Both the position numbers and the translations under genes were made by a program. 64,000 bases of DNA from Carcharhinus amblyrhynchos (taxonomy: Eukaryota): assembly GCA_965287045.1 (NCBI GenBank), contig OZ336874.1, forward strand, positions 85,870,001-85,934,000. Direction: 5' to 3'. Position 1 is the stretch's first letter. Each line of letters starts with the position of its first letter. Below are positions 47,066 through 58,764 of the stretch, piece by piece. The notes below the pieces were generated by a model. It did not search any database, was not told where the DNA came from, and was given only the letters and a program-made list of their open reading frames with translations.

Positions 47066-48062
47066 TCACCTAAATCTCCGCAGTCTTTGCACTGCAGAAG
47101 TCCCAGTCACAAATCTCATTAAAAACCCAGGGGGATGGGGCCCTATTTGGGTGAGAATTTGACAGTTTTGGAAATCTGTGCATGCGCAGTGGTTCCGATC
47201 CATCAGACTCCACATTTGCTGATCAGCCGGGACGACCGCAGTGATGCCCCACCAGCACCAACCCCACGGCCCGATCGCGGCCCTCACAACAATTCCAGGC
47301 CTAACCCACTCTGCCCTGGAACGCCCCAATGCACAGCCCACCCCCACAGCAGTGCCAATCTTCCCCTCACACCCTGCCCACAGGAGGCAGATTCCACTCC
47401 CAGACCCCCACCGGCAGGCCACTCCCCATCAGCCCGCCCCAATCACTGCCCTCCCTCCGTCCCAGACCAATCCTGTCTACAGAGTGACAGCGGGACACCC
47501 CAACACCACCGAATGTCCTAGGCCCCACTCACAATAAGACCTGCCCCCTTGGCACTGCCCGATGCCGGGTGGGCAGTGCCAAGGTGTCCCCTGGGCATGG
47601 GCACTTTGCCCCTTGGGCAGTGCCAGGGACCACAGGCTGGCACTGCCAGAGTCCCCATGCCCAGGGGGCACCACCCGCCCACAGCCTGATCCCCCAGGGG
47701 ACCCCAATTGCCCCCTCCTTCATTCCAGTGGCATCGTCCCACTAGTTCCCCGAATGGGGAGTGAGTCTGAACCCTGCCAGAATGAAGTACTCCTGGCGGG
47801 GTGGGAAATTTAATCGGGGTCTGAAAGTTCCTCATAATGAACTTCTAATCATATTTAAAATACATTTTAAAAAGATTCAAATTACTTACCTGCTTTCCTG
47901 CTGGTTTCCAGTGTGGTCTGACTGGCGACTGTTCGCCGGCTCCGGGAGATGTGCATGCATTCCCAGCTCAAGTGCAGATCCCGGTACAAGGCCGCTGACA
48001 TGCATCTCCCACTGTGACCCACCAGAAAAGTTGCAGGTCACAATGGGAGAATCGCGGCCCCT
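47066..48062. mobile_element. GC-rich non-autonomous TIR-type element (partial)
   Basis: CpG-rich block with internal palindromic TGGCACTGCC/GGCAGTGCCA motifs and terminus GGGAGAATCGCGGCCC. Confidence 0.5.
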
Positions 48063-48534
48063 GTCTGTGACTGAATAAAGCAATTGCTTTAAACAAATTA
48101 AGTTGACTCTTGTGCCTGATTGTACAGGAGACAGTGACAGAGATGCTTCTATGCTTAAAATACAGAACTTGGTGCAGTGTATGTGTGTGGAAGGCCGAGC
48201 ACTTCATTTTCTTGCTTTGGCCTCCGTTGTATTGTCCACTCACCACTCCACCTTCAGTGAGATTATTTCACCATCCAGCTCTAATACTCTGGAACAGACT
48301 GCTTAAACGGTTCTGCTTTGCTACCTCAAAAACCTTCTCAAAATCGACATCCTTAATCTTTGGCACATTTCCTGGTTCTTCCCCTGGCAAATGTCCCATC
48401 ACAGAATAGTAAAGTTACGATATAAATGCAAGCTAATGGAGTATTGGAATTGAGATGTTTTCTCTCAGTCAAATACGGGCTCAAGGGGCAGGGTTTCCCT
48501 GTCCTGCTCACTACAGGAATCATTGTCCAATTGT

Positions 48535-48853
48535 ACATAAGAACATAAGAAATAGGAGCAGGAGTAGGCCATCTAGCCCTTCGAGCCTGCCCCGCCATTC
48601 AATAAGATCATGGCTGATCTGTCGTGGCTCAGTTCCACTTTCCCGCCCTCTCCCCATAACCCTTGATCCCCTCTCTTATCAAAAACCCATCAACCCACGT
48701 CTTAAAAATATTTAGCGAGACAGCCTCCACCACTTCAACGGGCAGAGAATTCCAGAGATTCACCACCCTTTGAGTGAAGAAGTTCCTCCTCAACTCCGTT
48801 CTAAACCGCCTCCCCTTTATCTTGAGGCTGTGCCCCCTAGTCCTAGTCCCACC
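48535..48853 (-). mobile_element. Young CR1 3' fragment
   Basis: ORF 48629-48856, with a 3' UTR nearly identical to 10022. Confidence 0.9.
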
Positions 48854-49504
48854 CAAGAACTACTGAGGGCAACTTCAACATTTTCTGTGTTTTGTCTTCA
48901 ACATTTTGCCCAGGACAACACCACAGAAGACCAAGGGAGTGGTATTAGTCGTACATCCACCCAGAAGATGGGTAAGCAAGTTAACATTGTCCAAGTTACT
49001 TATCCAGCCTCAAGATCCCATTAACCACGATTTGTATATTGGGAAGGAGCTTCTTCCCAAAGAATGACAAATCTTTTTTTAAAATGACATCAGAGTCAAA
49101 TAGCAGTGTTTAATCATGCCTGAGTGGGGAAGGAGCTGTGACTTTCCTGTCAAGTTGGAGAGAGTTGGGAACCTGCTGGGGAATCAAAGAGCATCAAATA
49201 TGGAAGATTTTGCTTTCCTCTGCGTGGCCCAGAAGAGCAGGAGTACTCCCCTGTACCATACAAGGAACATTGAAGCCAATTCTGCCCAGGACTCTCCACT
49301 TCACTCCATTCTGAGGACCTCCTGGAACCCTTTTCTTCATACCTATCTTTAAGTCAATGAGTAGCCCTCATGTTGCCCAGTTGTTCCATTTCCCACCTTG
49401 AGGTCTAAGTGCTGAATGAAACCTGCAAGTTACAACAGCTTGGGCCAGCAAAAAGTCAGTTTCCAGCTCACCTTAACTCCTGCTCAAGTTAACAGAGGCC
49501 TTAA

Positions 49505-50075
49505 TTTTGATTTGATTTGATTTATTATTGTCATATGCATTGGTATACAGTGAAAAGTATTGTTTCTTGTGCGCTATATGGATAAAGCACACCGTAAATA
49601 GAAAAGGAAAGGAGACAGTGTAGAATGTAATGATATAATCACAACTAGGGTGTAGAGAAATATCAACTTAATGTAAGGCAGGTCCATTCAAAAGTCTGAT
49701 GGCAGCAGGGAAGAAAGTTCTTGAGTCAGTTGGTACATGTCCTCAGATTTTGTATCTTTTTCCTGAGGGAAGAAGGTGGAAGAGAGCATGTCTGGGGTGC
49801 ATGGGGTCCTCAATTATGCTGACTGCTTTTCTGAGGCAGCGGGAAATGTGCATACAGTCAATGGATGAGAGGCTTGTTTGCGTGATGGATCCTTATTCAT
49901 GATCCTTTGTAGTTTTTTGCAAACTTGGACAGAACAGGAGCCACAGTAAGCTGTGATACAACCAGATAGAATATTTTCTATGGTGCATTTGTAAAAGTTG
50001 GTGATGGTCGTAGCAGACATACCAAATTTCCTTAGCCCCCGGGAAAGTCGAGGCATTGGTTGGCTTTCTTAAGTA
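49505..50075 (-). mobile_element. Rex1/Babar-type LINE 3' fragment
   Basis: 'LRKFGMSATTITNFYKCTIENILSGCITAY', (ATCAA)n tail. Confidence 0.85.
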
Positions 50076-50282
50076 TAGCAGTTAAAAAAGGAGGGACCTT
50101 AAATAATGAACAAAAAATATTCACCATTCAATATTTAAACAGAAACATTCACAATGTTCAAAATGCTTAATTGAAAATGTTAATTTTCAACAGCATTCCA
50201 AGTTTTAAACTTGTTTATTTTCATATGTTACATAGTAATAATTTATACAAAAAATCATAATAACAATTTAATTGCAATTTAT

Positions 50283-50557
50283 GGGCAGCACATTGGACAG
50301 TGGTTAGCACTGCTGCCTCACATGCCAGGGAGCTGGGTTCAATTCCAGCATTAGGTGACTGTCTGTGTGGAGTTTGCACATTCTCTCTGTGGGTTTTTTC
50401 CCATACTCCCAAGATGTGCAGGATAGGTTGATTGGCCATGGTAAATTTTCTGTTAGTGTCAGGATGATTAGCAGCATGGAGTTAAGAGGACAGGGCCTGG
50501 GTTTGTTGTTGCCACAAGTTGATGGTTCGAATGGCCTCCTTCGGCACTGTAGGGTTC
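50283..50557 (+). mobile_element. HE1-like V-SINE
   Basis: Head, V-domain and tail as in other copies. Confidence 0.85.
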
Positions 50558-51604
50558 CATGGTTCAAAATGCATTTAATTGTTTTATTTCTGAAAGCAAA
50601 TTCTTTAAAGCTTCAATATATTTGCATAGAGATAAAATCATTTAAATTTAAAGCTTCTCTTTTTTTGTTTGATCTTGGAACTTAGCATTTTAACCTGACA
50701 ATTCTTACTTTAGCCATCCAGTATTGTTAGTATTTATTCAGTGACATTCTTCATTGTTGAAATCTTTTGCATAAAGGTATGCAGCCCACCTCAATTAAGA
50801 ACTTATGGTATTTATGACACTGCACACAGACAATATGTACGTATAAAATACTCAATTCTTTGCCCTAAAACAACACAAACACATTGCAAAATCACTGTGT
50901 CCCTAACAATCTACAACACCAGGTTAAAGTAACTTGATGTCTCCCTAACAATCCTCAGGCCAATGCTTCACACTCCATTCATAATGCTATCATGCTGTGT
51001 CCAAGCAGTGGCCAAATTGGCTGGCTGTCCCCAGGAATTCAGCCCTAATTAACTACAGATTTGGTTAAATGCACTTAAGCACAAATATCCATCTAATTTG
51101 TAATCGGAGGAATGGTGCATCGTTACTCTTCAATTGAAATCATTACTGCAGCCAATAGTTCCACATCCAACTAATTGCTGCGATGTGTGAGAGCTTCGTG
51201 GAAGGTGGTAATGGAAGAAGATATTTTGGCTCTTGTTGTTGGTGTTCTACCTTACCTTGCAGAATAAGAGTATTGCAACACAAATGCACTCTTTGATGTT
51301 ATTATATTAATGAATACCTATAATTCAAGATCCTGAATGAAAGTTGAAAATGAGTTCTTTGCGATTTTACACCACTGCTCATCAAATACTGTGCATCAAC
51401 TTTAACAGTATTTCACTGACCATCCTCCTATTGAAATGCTCAAATGGCTTTTCAGACATTCATCAACGGACATTACTCAAAGGAAATACATTGTACATTT
51501 TTGTTGTAATATTACACAAATCACTTTGAATTTACTATTTTGGAAGAACAGCCCCATGAGCTGTGTTTACTGAGAAATATTTAAAATATTTTGTATGTCA
51601 ACAA

Positions 51605-53045
51605 AAAATATCTTGTATTACATAGTGCCTTTCACAATCACAAGATGCCCCAAAGCATTTATTAAGCACATGTGAAGTATAGTAACTGCAGTAAGGTAGG
51701 AAATGTGACAGCCAATTTACTCACAGCAAGCTCCCACAGTCATGTGATAATGACAAGTCAATCTGCTTTTGTCATGCTTGATAAGGTCCCCCATACAAGA
51801 CTGCTTGAAAAAGTGAGAGGGCATGGGATCCAAGGGACTGTTGCCTTGTGGATCCTGAACTGGCTTGCCTGCAGAAAGCAGAGAGTGGTTATGGATGGGT
51901 CTTTTTCTGCATGGAGGTCAGTCACCAGTGGAGTGCCCCCGGGATCTGTTCTAGGACCCTTGTGTTTGTCATTGTCATAAATGACCTGGATGAGGAAGTG
52001 GAGGGATGGGTTGGTAAGTTTGCCAACGACACGAAGTTTGGTGGTATTGTGGATAGTTTGGAGGGATGTCAGTTGCAGCGAGCCATAGATAGGATGCAAG
52101 ACTGGGCGGAGAAGTGGCAGATGGACTTCAACACAGATAAATGTGTAGTGGTCCATTTTGGCAGGTCCAATGGGATGAAGGAGTATAATATCAAGGATAG
52201 GACTCTTAGCAGTGTTGAGGAGCAGACTATGGGTCCATAGGACTCTTAAATCGGCCTCGTAGGGGAGGACGTGGTCAAGAAGGCGGATGGTGTAGTAGCC
52301 TTCATTAATCGAGGGATTGAGTTTAGGAGTCAGGAGGTAATGCTGCAAATTTATAAGACCCTTGTCAGACCCCACTTGAGGTACTGTGCGCAGTTCTAGT
52401 CACCTCACTATGAGAAGGATGTGGAAACTATTGAAAGGGTGCAGAGGAGATTTACAAGGATGTTGCCTGGATTGGGTGGCATGCCTTATGCCTTAGGTTG
52501 AGGGAGCTAGGTCTTTTCTCCCTGGAGAGATGAAGGATGAGAGGTGACCTGATAGAGGTTTATAAGATGTTGAGAGGTATAGATAGGGTGGATTCTCAGG
52601 AGCTATTTCCCAGGGCTGAAATGGTCGCTATGAGAGGACACAGGTTTAAGGTGCTGGGGAGTAGGTACAGAGGCTCAGAGGATGGTGAGTGAGTGGAATC
52701 AGCTGCCGTCGGTGGTGGTAGAGGCGAACTCGCTGGGGTCTTTGAAGAGACTTCTGGATGAGTACATGGGAATTAATGGGATTGAGGGTTATAGATAGGC
52801 CTGGTAGGTATGGATATGATCGGCGCAACTTGTGGGCCGAAGGGCCTGTTTGTGCTATAGTGTTCTATGTTCCATGTTAATCGGTTAAATATTGGGGTAC
52901 AAGGGGTAACTTCTCTTACTCTTCTTCAAAATAGAACCATAGGTTGTTTACGTTCATTTAAGAGTGTAGATGGGGATCCAGTTAAATGTTCTATAAAAAT
53001 GACAGCATCTTCTGCAAGGCAACTTTAATTTTAGTGCTTAAATCC
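51605..53045 (-). mobile_element. Deu-domain SINE split by a CR1 insertion (parts about 51605-51770 and 52880-53045)
   Basis: Both parts align consecutively with the 42610 copy. Confidence 0.6.
51772..52877 (+). mobile_element. 5'-truncated CR1
   Basis: 'DKVPHTRLL...SGVPPGSVLGP', 'KFANDTK', (TGTTCTA) tail. Confidence 0.9.
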
Positions 53046-53046
53046 T

Positions 53047-53705
53047 GGGCCAGAATTTTACGTTGTTTGGGTGGGCGCCTGCTCGCCTAAGCACTCAACC
53101 CGGAAGAATATGAAATTCCATGAAAATGTGTCGGGCATATGTCCTAATGTCAGCGCTCAGTGGTTCAGTCCGTGGGCTCGTGAGAGAGTCAGAAGTGCAC
53201 CCATCAACAATCAAGAAGGCACTTTCACCTATTACAGAACCAATTGAACACAATTTTGCATGGTCTATCTGCTTTTATGGTTGGTGGGCTTCCAGGTGGC
53301 TTTTCAGTTTGAGCTTCAACCACAATCCAGAAATGGATGAAATAGCCAAGCTAAAATAAAACTTAAAAAGGTCTCTGGGGACTTAGGCTTTTGCTTGAAT
53401 GTGCTGCCTAGACATCTTTGCATAGTTTTCCATCACAATTTATTTTCAACATGTCTGCAGTTCCCTGGGACAGCTCCGTAGAGGCTGTGCCCTGAGGGAG
53501 CACATTAGAAGCGCCAGCCCACACCTCCCTTTTCTCACTGTCTGCCCTCTTCCTTCTCTCCCTGCAGCGTTGAACCATTCCCAACATGTGTTTCACACTG
53601 CTTGTCTGTGCGAATGAGACCAACCACAGCCACAGATACATTTTGCTCCTGCTTCCTGGCCCAGCAAGGGCACATGACCTATGTCATGGGTGAAATATCC
53701 AGGCT
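53047..53705. mobile_element. GC-rich TIR element (Harbinger-like termini)
   Basis: GGGCCAGAATTTTAC ... GTGAAATATCCAGGCT imperfect TIRs. Confidence 0.5.
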
Positions 53706-53904
53706 CTGGAGTAGGAAATGGATCCATAACCATAAAAATTGAATTGGTTCACTCTTGCCTTTTGGGAAAGAAAAGCAGCTGCCCTTACCTGGCCAGGTGT
53801 ATGTATGTCTCCAGTGACACATTCCTGTGGTTTGCTTTTACTTGACCTCTGAACTAGCACTTGGTGCTTGGTAAGGTTTCTCATCCTGATCTTTGATCAG
53901 GGAC

Positions 53905-54402
53905 TTTTCACACTACCAGAAGGATGTAGAAAAGATTTACCAGATGTTGCCTGGCATGGAGAGCATTAGCTATGAGGAGAAGATGGAGAAACTTGATTTG
54001 TTTTCACTTGAATGACAGAGGTTGAGGGGCGACCTTATAGAAGTCTAGAAGATTATGAGAGGCATGGACAGAGTGAATAGTCAGAATCTTTTTTCCTAGG
54101 GTGGAAAAGTCTAGGGGGCATAGGTTTAAGGTTCATGGGGTAAGGTTTAAAGGAGATGTATGAGGCAAGTTTTTTAAACAAAGGCTGGTGAGTGCCTGGA
54201 ACTCGCTGCCTGGGGAGGTAGTGGAAGCATTTACGATAGTGAGTTTTAAAGGACATCTGGACAAATACATGAATAGGATGGGAATATAGGAGGTATAGTA
54301 TCCAGAAAGGTAGGGGGTTTTAATTCAGTCAGGCGGCATGGTCAGTGCAGGTTTGGAGGGCCGAAGGGCCTGTTCCTGTGCTGTAATTTTCTTTGTTCTT
54401 TG
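53905..54402 (+). mobile_element. CR1 3' fragment, same subfamily as 28345-30885
   Basis: 3' UTR nearly identical to 30700-30885. Confidence 0.85.
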
Positions 54403-54435
54403 AGGAACTTTCACAATAAATGCAATCAATGGTCA

Positions 54436-54838
54436 TGGGTGGCAGGGTGGCATAGTGGTGAGCATTGCTGCTCCATGGCAGGCTCGAAGGGCTAGATGGC
54501 CTACTCCTGCTCCTATTTCCTATGTTCTTATGTTATAACACTAGGGACCTGGGTTCAAGTGTCTGTGTGGAGTTTGCATGTTTTCCCTGTGTGTGGATGG
54601 GCTTTCTCCTGGGTGTTCTGGTTTCCTCCCACACCCCAAAGATGTGCAGGATAGGTGGATTAGCCATGCTAAATTACCCCTTAGCGTCCCAAGATGTTTA
54701 AGTCAGACGGATTATACATGGGAAATGTATGGGGTTATAGGGATAGGACGGGGGAGAGGGCCTGGGTAAGATACTCTGTCAAAGAGTTGGTGCAGTCTTG
54801 ATCGGCCGAATGGCCTCTTCTGCACTACAGGGATTCCA
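54436..54838 (+). mobile_element. HE1-like V-SINE with a ~55-bp CR1 tail inserted in its head (about 54478-54532)
   Basis: A-box and B-box are separated by CAGGCTCGAAGGGCTAGATGGCCTACTCC...TTCTTATG. Confidence 0.8.
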
Positions 54839-54869
54839 TAGGGAAGGTGAAAATGTTCAACAGATTTTC

Positions 54870-55670
54870 CTTAAATTACTCCTTAGGGGGCATGGAGTTT
54901 AAGATTTATGGATGATTGCTTCAGTCTTTAATTGGTCTTGGGTGGGAGGGAGTTAGTAAAAGAAGTCTTTCGTGAAAAGAAGTATCTTAGTAAAAGAAGT
55001 ACTTTGGGTTGTATACAATTAGGACTGGTGGTTGTGAATTCATAGACCTTGGTCAATTTTAGTCTCAATGTAGAAATACTGAATTGTTCATTCAATGTTT
55101 TAGAGAGGCATGTCAACCTATGGGCCTATCTTTGGTTCTGGAAACTGTGCCAGCCTAACAACAAGATCAACTGAGAGATATCTCACAAGTAACTGTTCGA
55201 ATCAAAATGAGCCACCAGACACTGAACGTTCTCGAGGAGGGTAATGATTTTAGCAATATATGGGTCCGAAATAGTTACGCCAAATTTTAGGTGGCATTTA
55301 ACTAGTGTCTGATAAAACTTTGTTGTAATTGAAGAGTGATGGAAGTTCCATTTCATGAATGTAAGCATTTTGGATGCCTTGGAGACTACTTGTTGATTTT
55401 GTACATCCCACTTAAGATTATTTTCAACGTGGATGCCTAACTAAGGACATTCTTTAGTAACTTCAAGGGGGAAATCATGCACTGTACAATTGGGTACTGA
55501 TGGACGTCAAGTATCGCTGATTTGCATTTTGTTAAATTTCTCTACTTTGAATTTCATTCTCTGTATTTTTGCCCATTTGATGAGATTATTTAGATTTTCT
55601 TGAAGTTTAACTTTATCTGCAGCCTCAGTAACTACATTATAGACTAGACAATGATTAATAAAAATAAGAC
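54870..55670 (-). mobile_element. Ancient CR1-group LINE of a distinct type (Crack/invertebrate-like) RT C-terminal remnant
   Basis: 'CLVY...DKVKLQENLNNLIKWA..MKF' and 'FYQTLVKCHLKFG..SDPY...LENVQ'. Confidence 0.6.
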
Positions 55671-55859
55671 CAAAAGAACATAAGAACTTGGAGCAGGAGT
55701 AGGCCATCTTTCCCCTCGAGCCTACTCCGCCATTCAATAAGATCATGGCTGATCTTTTCATGGCCTCAGATCCACTTACCCACCCACTCACCATAACCCT
55801 GAATTCCTTTGTTGTTCAAAAATCTATCTATCTTTGCCTTAAAAATATTCAACAAGGTA

Positions 55860-57910
55860 TTAGTTTTAAGATAGCTATGGAGAATGATAGGTCTGTCCCA
55901 AAGTTAATATTCTAAATTGGGGCAAGGTCAATTTTGATGGTATCAGGCAGGAACTTTCAAAAGTTAATTGGAGAAATCTGTGGGAAGGAAAAGGGACGTC
56001 TGGTAAGTGGCATGCTTTCAAAAGTGTGTTAACCAGCGTTCAGGTAAACACATTCCTCTTAGAGTGAAGGGCAAGGCTGGCAGAAGTCGGGAACCCTGGA
56101 AGACTCGGGATATTGAGGCCCTGGTCAAGAAGAAGAAAGAGACACATGACGTGCATACAAGGCTGGGATCAAGTGAATCTCGTGAAGAGTATAAGGGATG
56201 TAGGAGTAGAGTTAAGAGAGAAATCAGGAGGGCAAAAAGGGGACACAAAATTGTTTTGGCAGATAAGGCAAAGAAGAATCCAAAGAGCTTCTACAAATAT
56301 ATAAAGGGCAAAAGAGTAACAAGGGAGAGAATAGGATCAACAAGGTAATCTATGTGCAGATCCACAAGAGATGGGTGGAATCCTAAATGAATATTTCTCA
56401 TCAATATTTACTGTTGAGAAAAGCATGGATGTTAGGGAACTTGGGGAGTTAAATATTGATGTCTTAAGGATTGTACATATTACAGAGACACAGGTGCTGG
56501 AAGTCTTACACGCATCAAGGTAGATAAATTTGTGGGATGTGATGAGGTATATCTCAGGATGTTCAATCTACTAAAATGCGGGGAGGAAATTGCGGGTCCC
56601 CTAGCCAAGATATTTGAATCATCGCTTTTCATTGATGAGGTGCCTAAAGATTGGAGAGTAGCAAATGTTGTGCCTTTGTTTAAAAAGGGCTGCAGGGAAA
56701 AAACTGAAAACTACAGGCCAGTTAGCTTCACATCTGTGGTGGGTAAATTGTTGGAAGGTATTTTGAGAGACAGTTGATGTTGTCTACATGGACTTTAGCA
56801 AGGCCTTTGACAAGGTACTGCGTGGTAGGTTGTTGCATAAAGTTAAATCTCACAGGATCCAGGGTGAGGTGTCTAATTGGATACAAAATTGACTTCTTGA
56901 CAGAAGCAAGAGAGTGGTTGTAGAGAGTTGTTTTACAAACTGGAGACCTGTGACCAGCAGTGTGCCTCAAAGAATCAGTGCTGGGCCCACTGTTATTTGT
57001 CATTTATATTAATAATTTGAGTGAGAATATAGGGGGCATGGTTAATAAGTTTGCAGATGACACCAAGATTGGTGGCATGGTGGATGAGGACGATTATCTC
57101 CAATTGCAGCGGGATCTTGATCAATTGGGCCTATGGACTGACGAATGGCAGATGAAGTTTAATTTAGACAAATGCGAGGTGATGCATTTTGGTAGAATGA
57201 ACCAGGGCGGGACTTACTTAGTTAATGGTACAGTGTTGGGGAGAGTTACAGAGCAAAGAGATCTAGGGGTACATGTTCATAGCTTCTTGAAAGTGGAGTC
57301 ACAGCTGGACAGAGTGGTGAAGAAGACATTCGGTATGCTTGGTTTCATGGGTCCGATCATTGAATACAGGAGTTGGGATGTCTTGTTGGAGTTGTACAAG
57401 ACATTGGTAAGGCCACACTTGGAATACTGTGTGCAATTCTGGTCACCCTATTATAGAAAAGATATTATTAAACTAGAAAGAGTGCAGAAAAGATTTCCTA
57501 GGATGCTACTGGGATTTGATGGATTGAGTTATAAGGAGAGGCTGAATAGACTGGGACTTTTTTCTCTGGAGCGTAAGAGGCTGAGGGGTGACCTTATAGA
57601 ACTCTATGAAATAATGAGGGGCATAGACAAGGTAGATAGTCAATATCTTTTCCCAAAGGTAGGAGAGTCTAAAACTAGAGGTCATAGGTTTAAGGTGAGG
57701 GGGAGAGATACAAAAGTGTCCAGAGGGACAACTTTTTCACACAGAGGGTGGTGAGTGTCTGGAGCAAGCTGCCAGAGTTAGTAATAGAGGTGGGTACAAT
57801 TTTATTTTTAAAAAGCATTTAGATAGTATGATGGATATAGAGGGATATGGGCCAAATGCGGGCAATTGGGATTAGTTTAGGGATTTAAAAAGAAAGGGCG
57901 GCATGGACAA
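55860..57910 (+). mobile_element. 5'-truncated CR1 with an internal deletion near 56773
   Basis: ORFs 56007-56348, 56532-56777 and 56960-57754 (FADD). Confidence 0.92.
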
Positions 57911-57911
57911 G

Positions 57912-58320
57912 CTACATCACCTCCCTTACCTTTTTGTCTGTCCTTCTGAATAGTCTGATACCTCTGGATATTTAACTCCCAGTTGTGACCACCCTGTAAC
58001 CATGTCACTGTAATGGCCACTAAGTCATATTCATTCATGATCACTTGCGCTGTTAACTCATTTACCTTGTTTCGAATGCTACGAGCACTTAGATAACGTG
58101 CCCTTATGCTAGTTTTTACACCTTTTTGAATTCTAATAACTCCATTACTAACATCTCCTGAGTTCTCCTTGCTTTTAACTTTTTTCATCATTTTCCATGT
58201 AATTGAACCCACCTTTCCACATGCTAATCTGCTGCTTTGCTTCCCATTAACCATTATACCTCCTGTAGTTTTACCCTTCCCTTCCCCCAACTTGCTAGTT
58301 TAAAGTTCTTGTGACCACCC
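57912..58320 (-). mobile_element. CR1 ORF2 N-terminal (APE) fragment; its 3' end is probably 55675-55855
   Basis: 'ARSIRNKVNEL...YDLVAITVTWLQ...KDRQKGKGG'. Confidence 0.8.
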
Positions 58321-58764
58321 AGGTATATTTTTTAAAAAATTAAAATGCCACTGCATGGGCTGCATAGCTCAAGAAAGTAGCTCAGCCATTAAAACATGCT
58401 ATTTGGTCATGGGAGCATCACAGCTGAGACTAGTTCTGTCCAAAGTCATATTCTACACGCCCAAGTCTCAGCAGGGCATCATTCTTTATTTATAATCCAG
58501 TAATGAAAGGCAGTGAGTGCATGGGAACACTGTCACCTGCAAGTTCCTCTCAAAGTCATTGCTGGGTCATAGGAATAGATTTTATGCACCCACTTAGGCC
58601 TTTTCTCAGCGGGAGGCTTGTACAATAGGTCAGGTGGCTAGCCCATCATCTGCCCATTCACCTGCAAGCTCATCACCCTCCTGCTCCAATAGTACAAATA
58701 ATACAGAAATGGCAGCACATTCACCACATGTAAATAAATAATTAAGAATCATTTAGCTCTTTTT

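Noticed and set aside
47066-48083. Many overlapping Pro/Gly-rich ORFs and an apparent CpG island
   Set aside because: These are by-products of a GC-rich repeat with few stop codons, with no promoter evidence.
48200-48420. Minus-strand frame MGHLPGEEPGNVPKIKDVDFEKVFEVAKQNRL
   Set aside because: The DNA resembles decayed L2/SINE 3' sequence and the frame stops after 43 codons.
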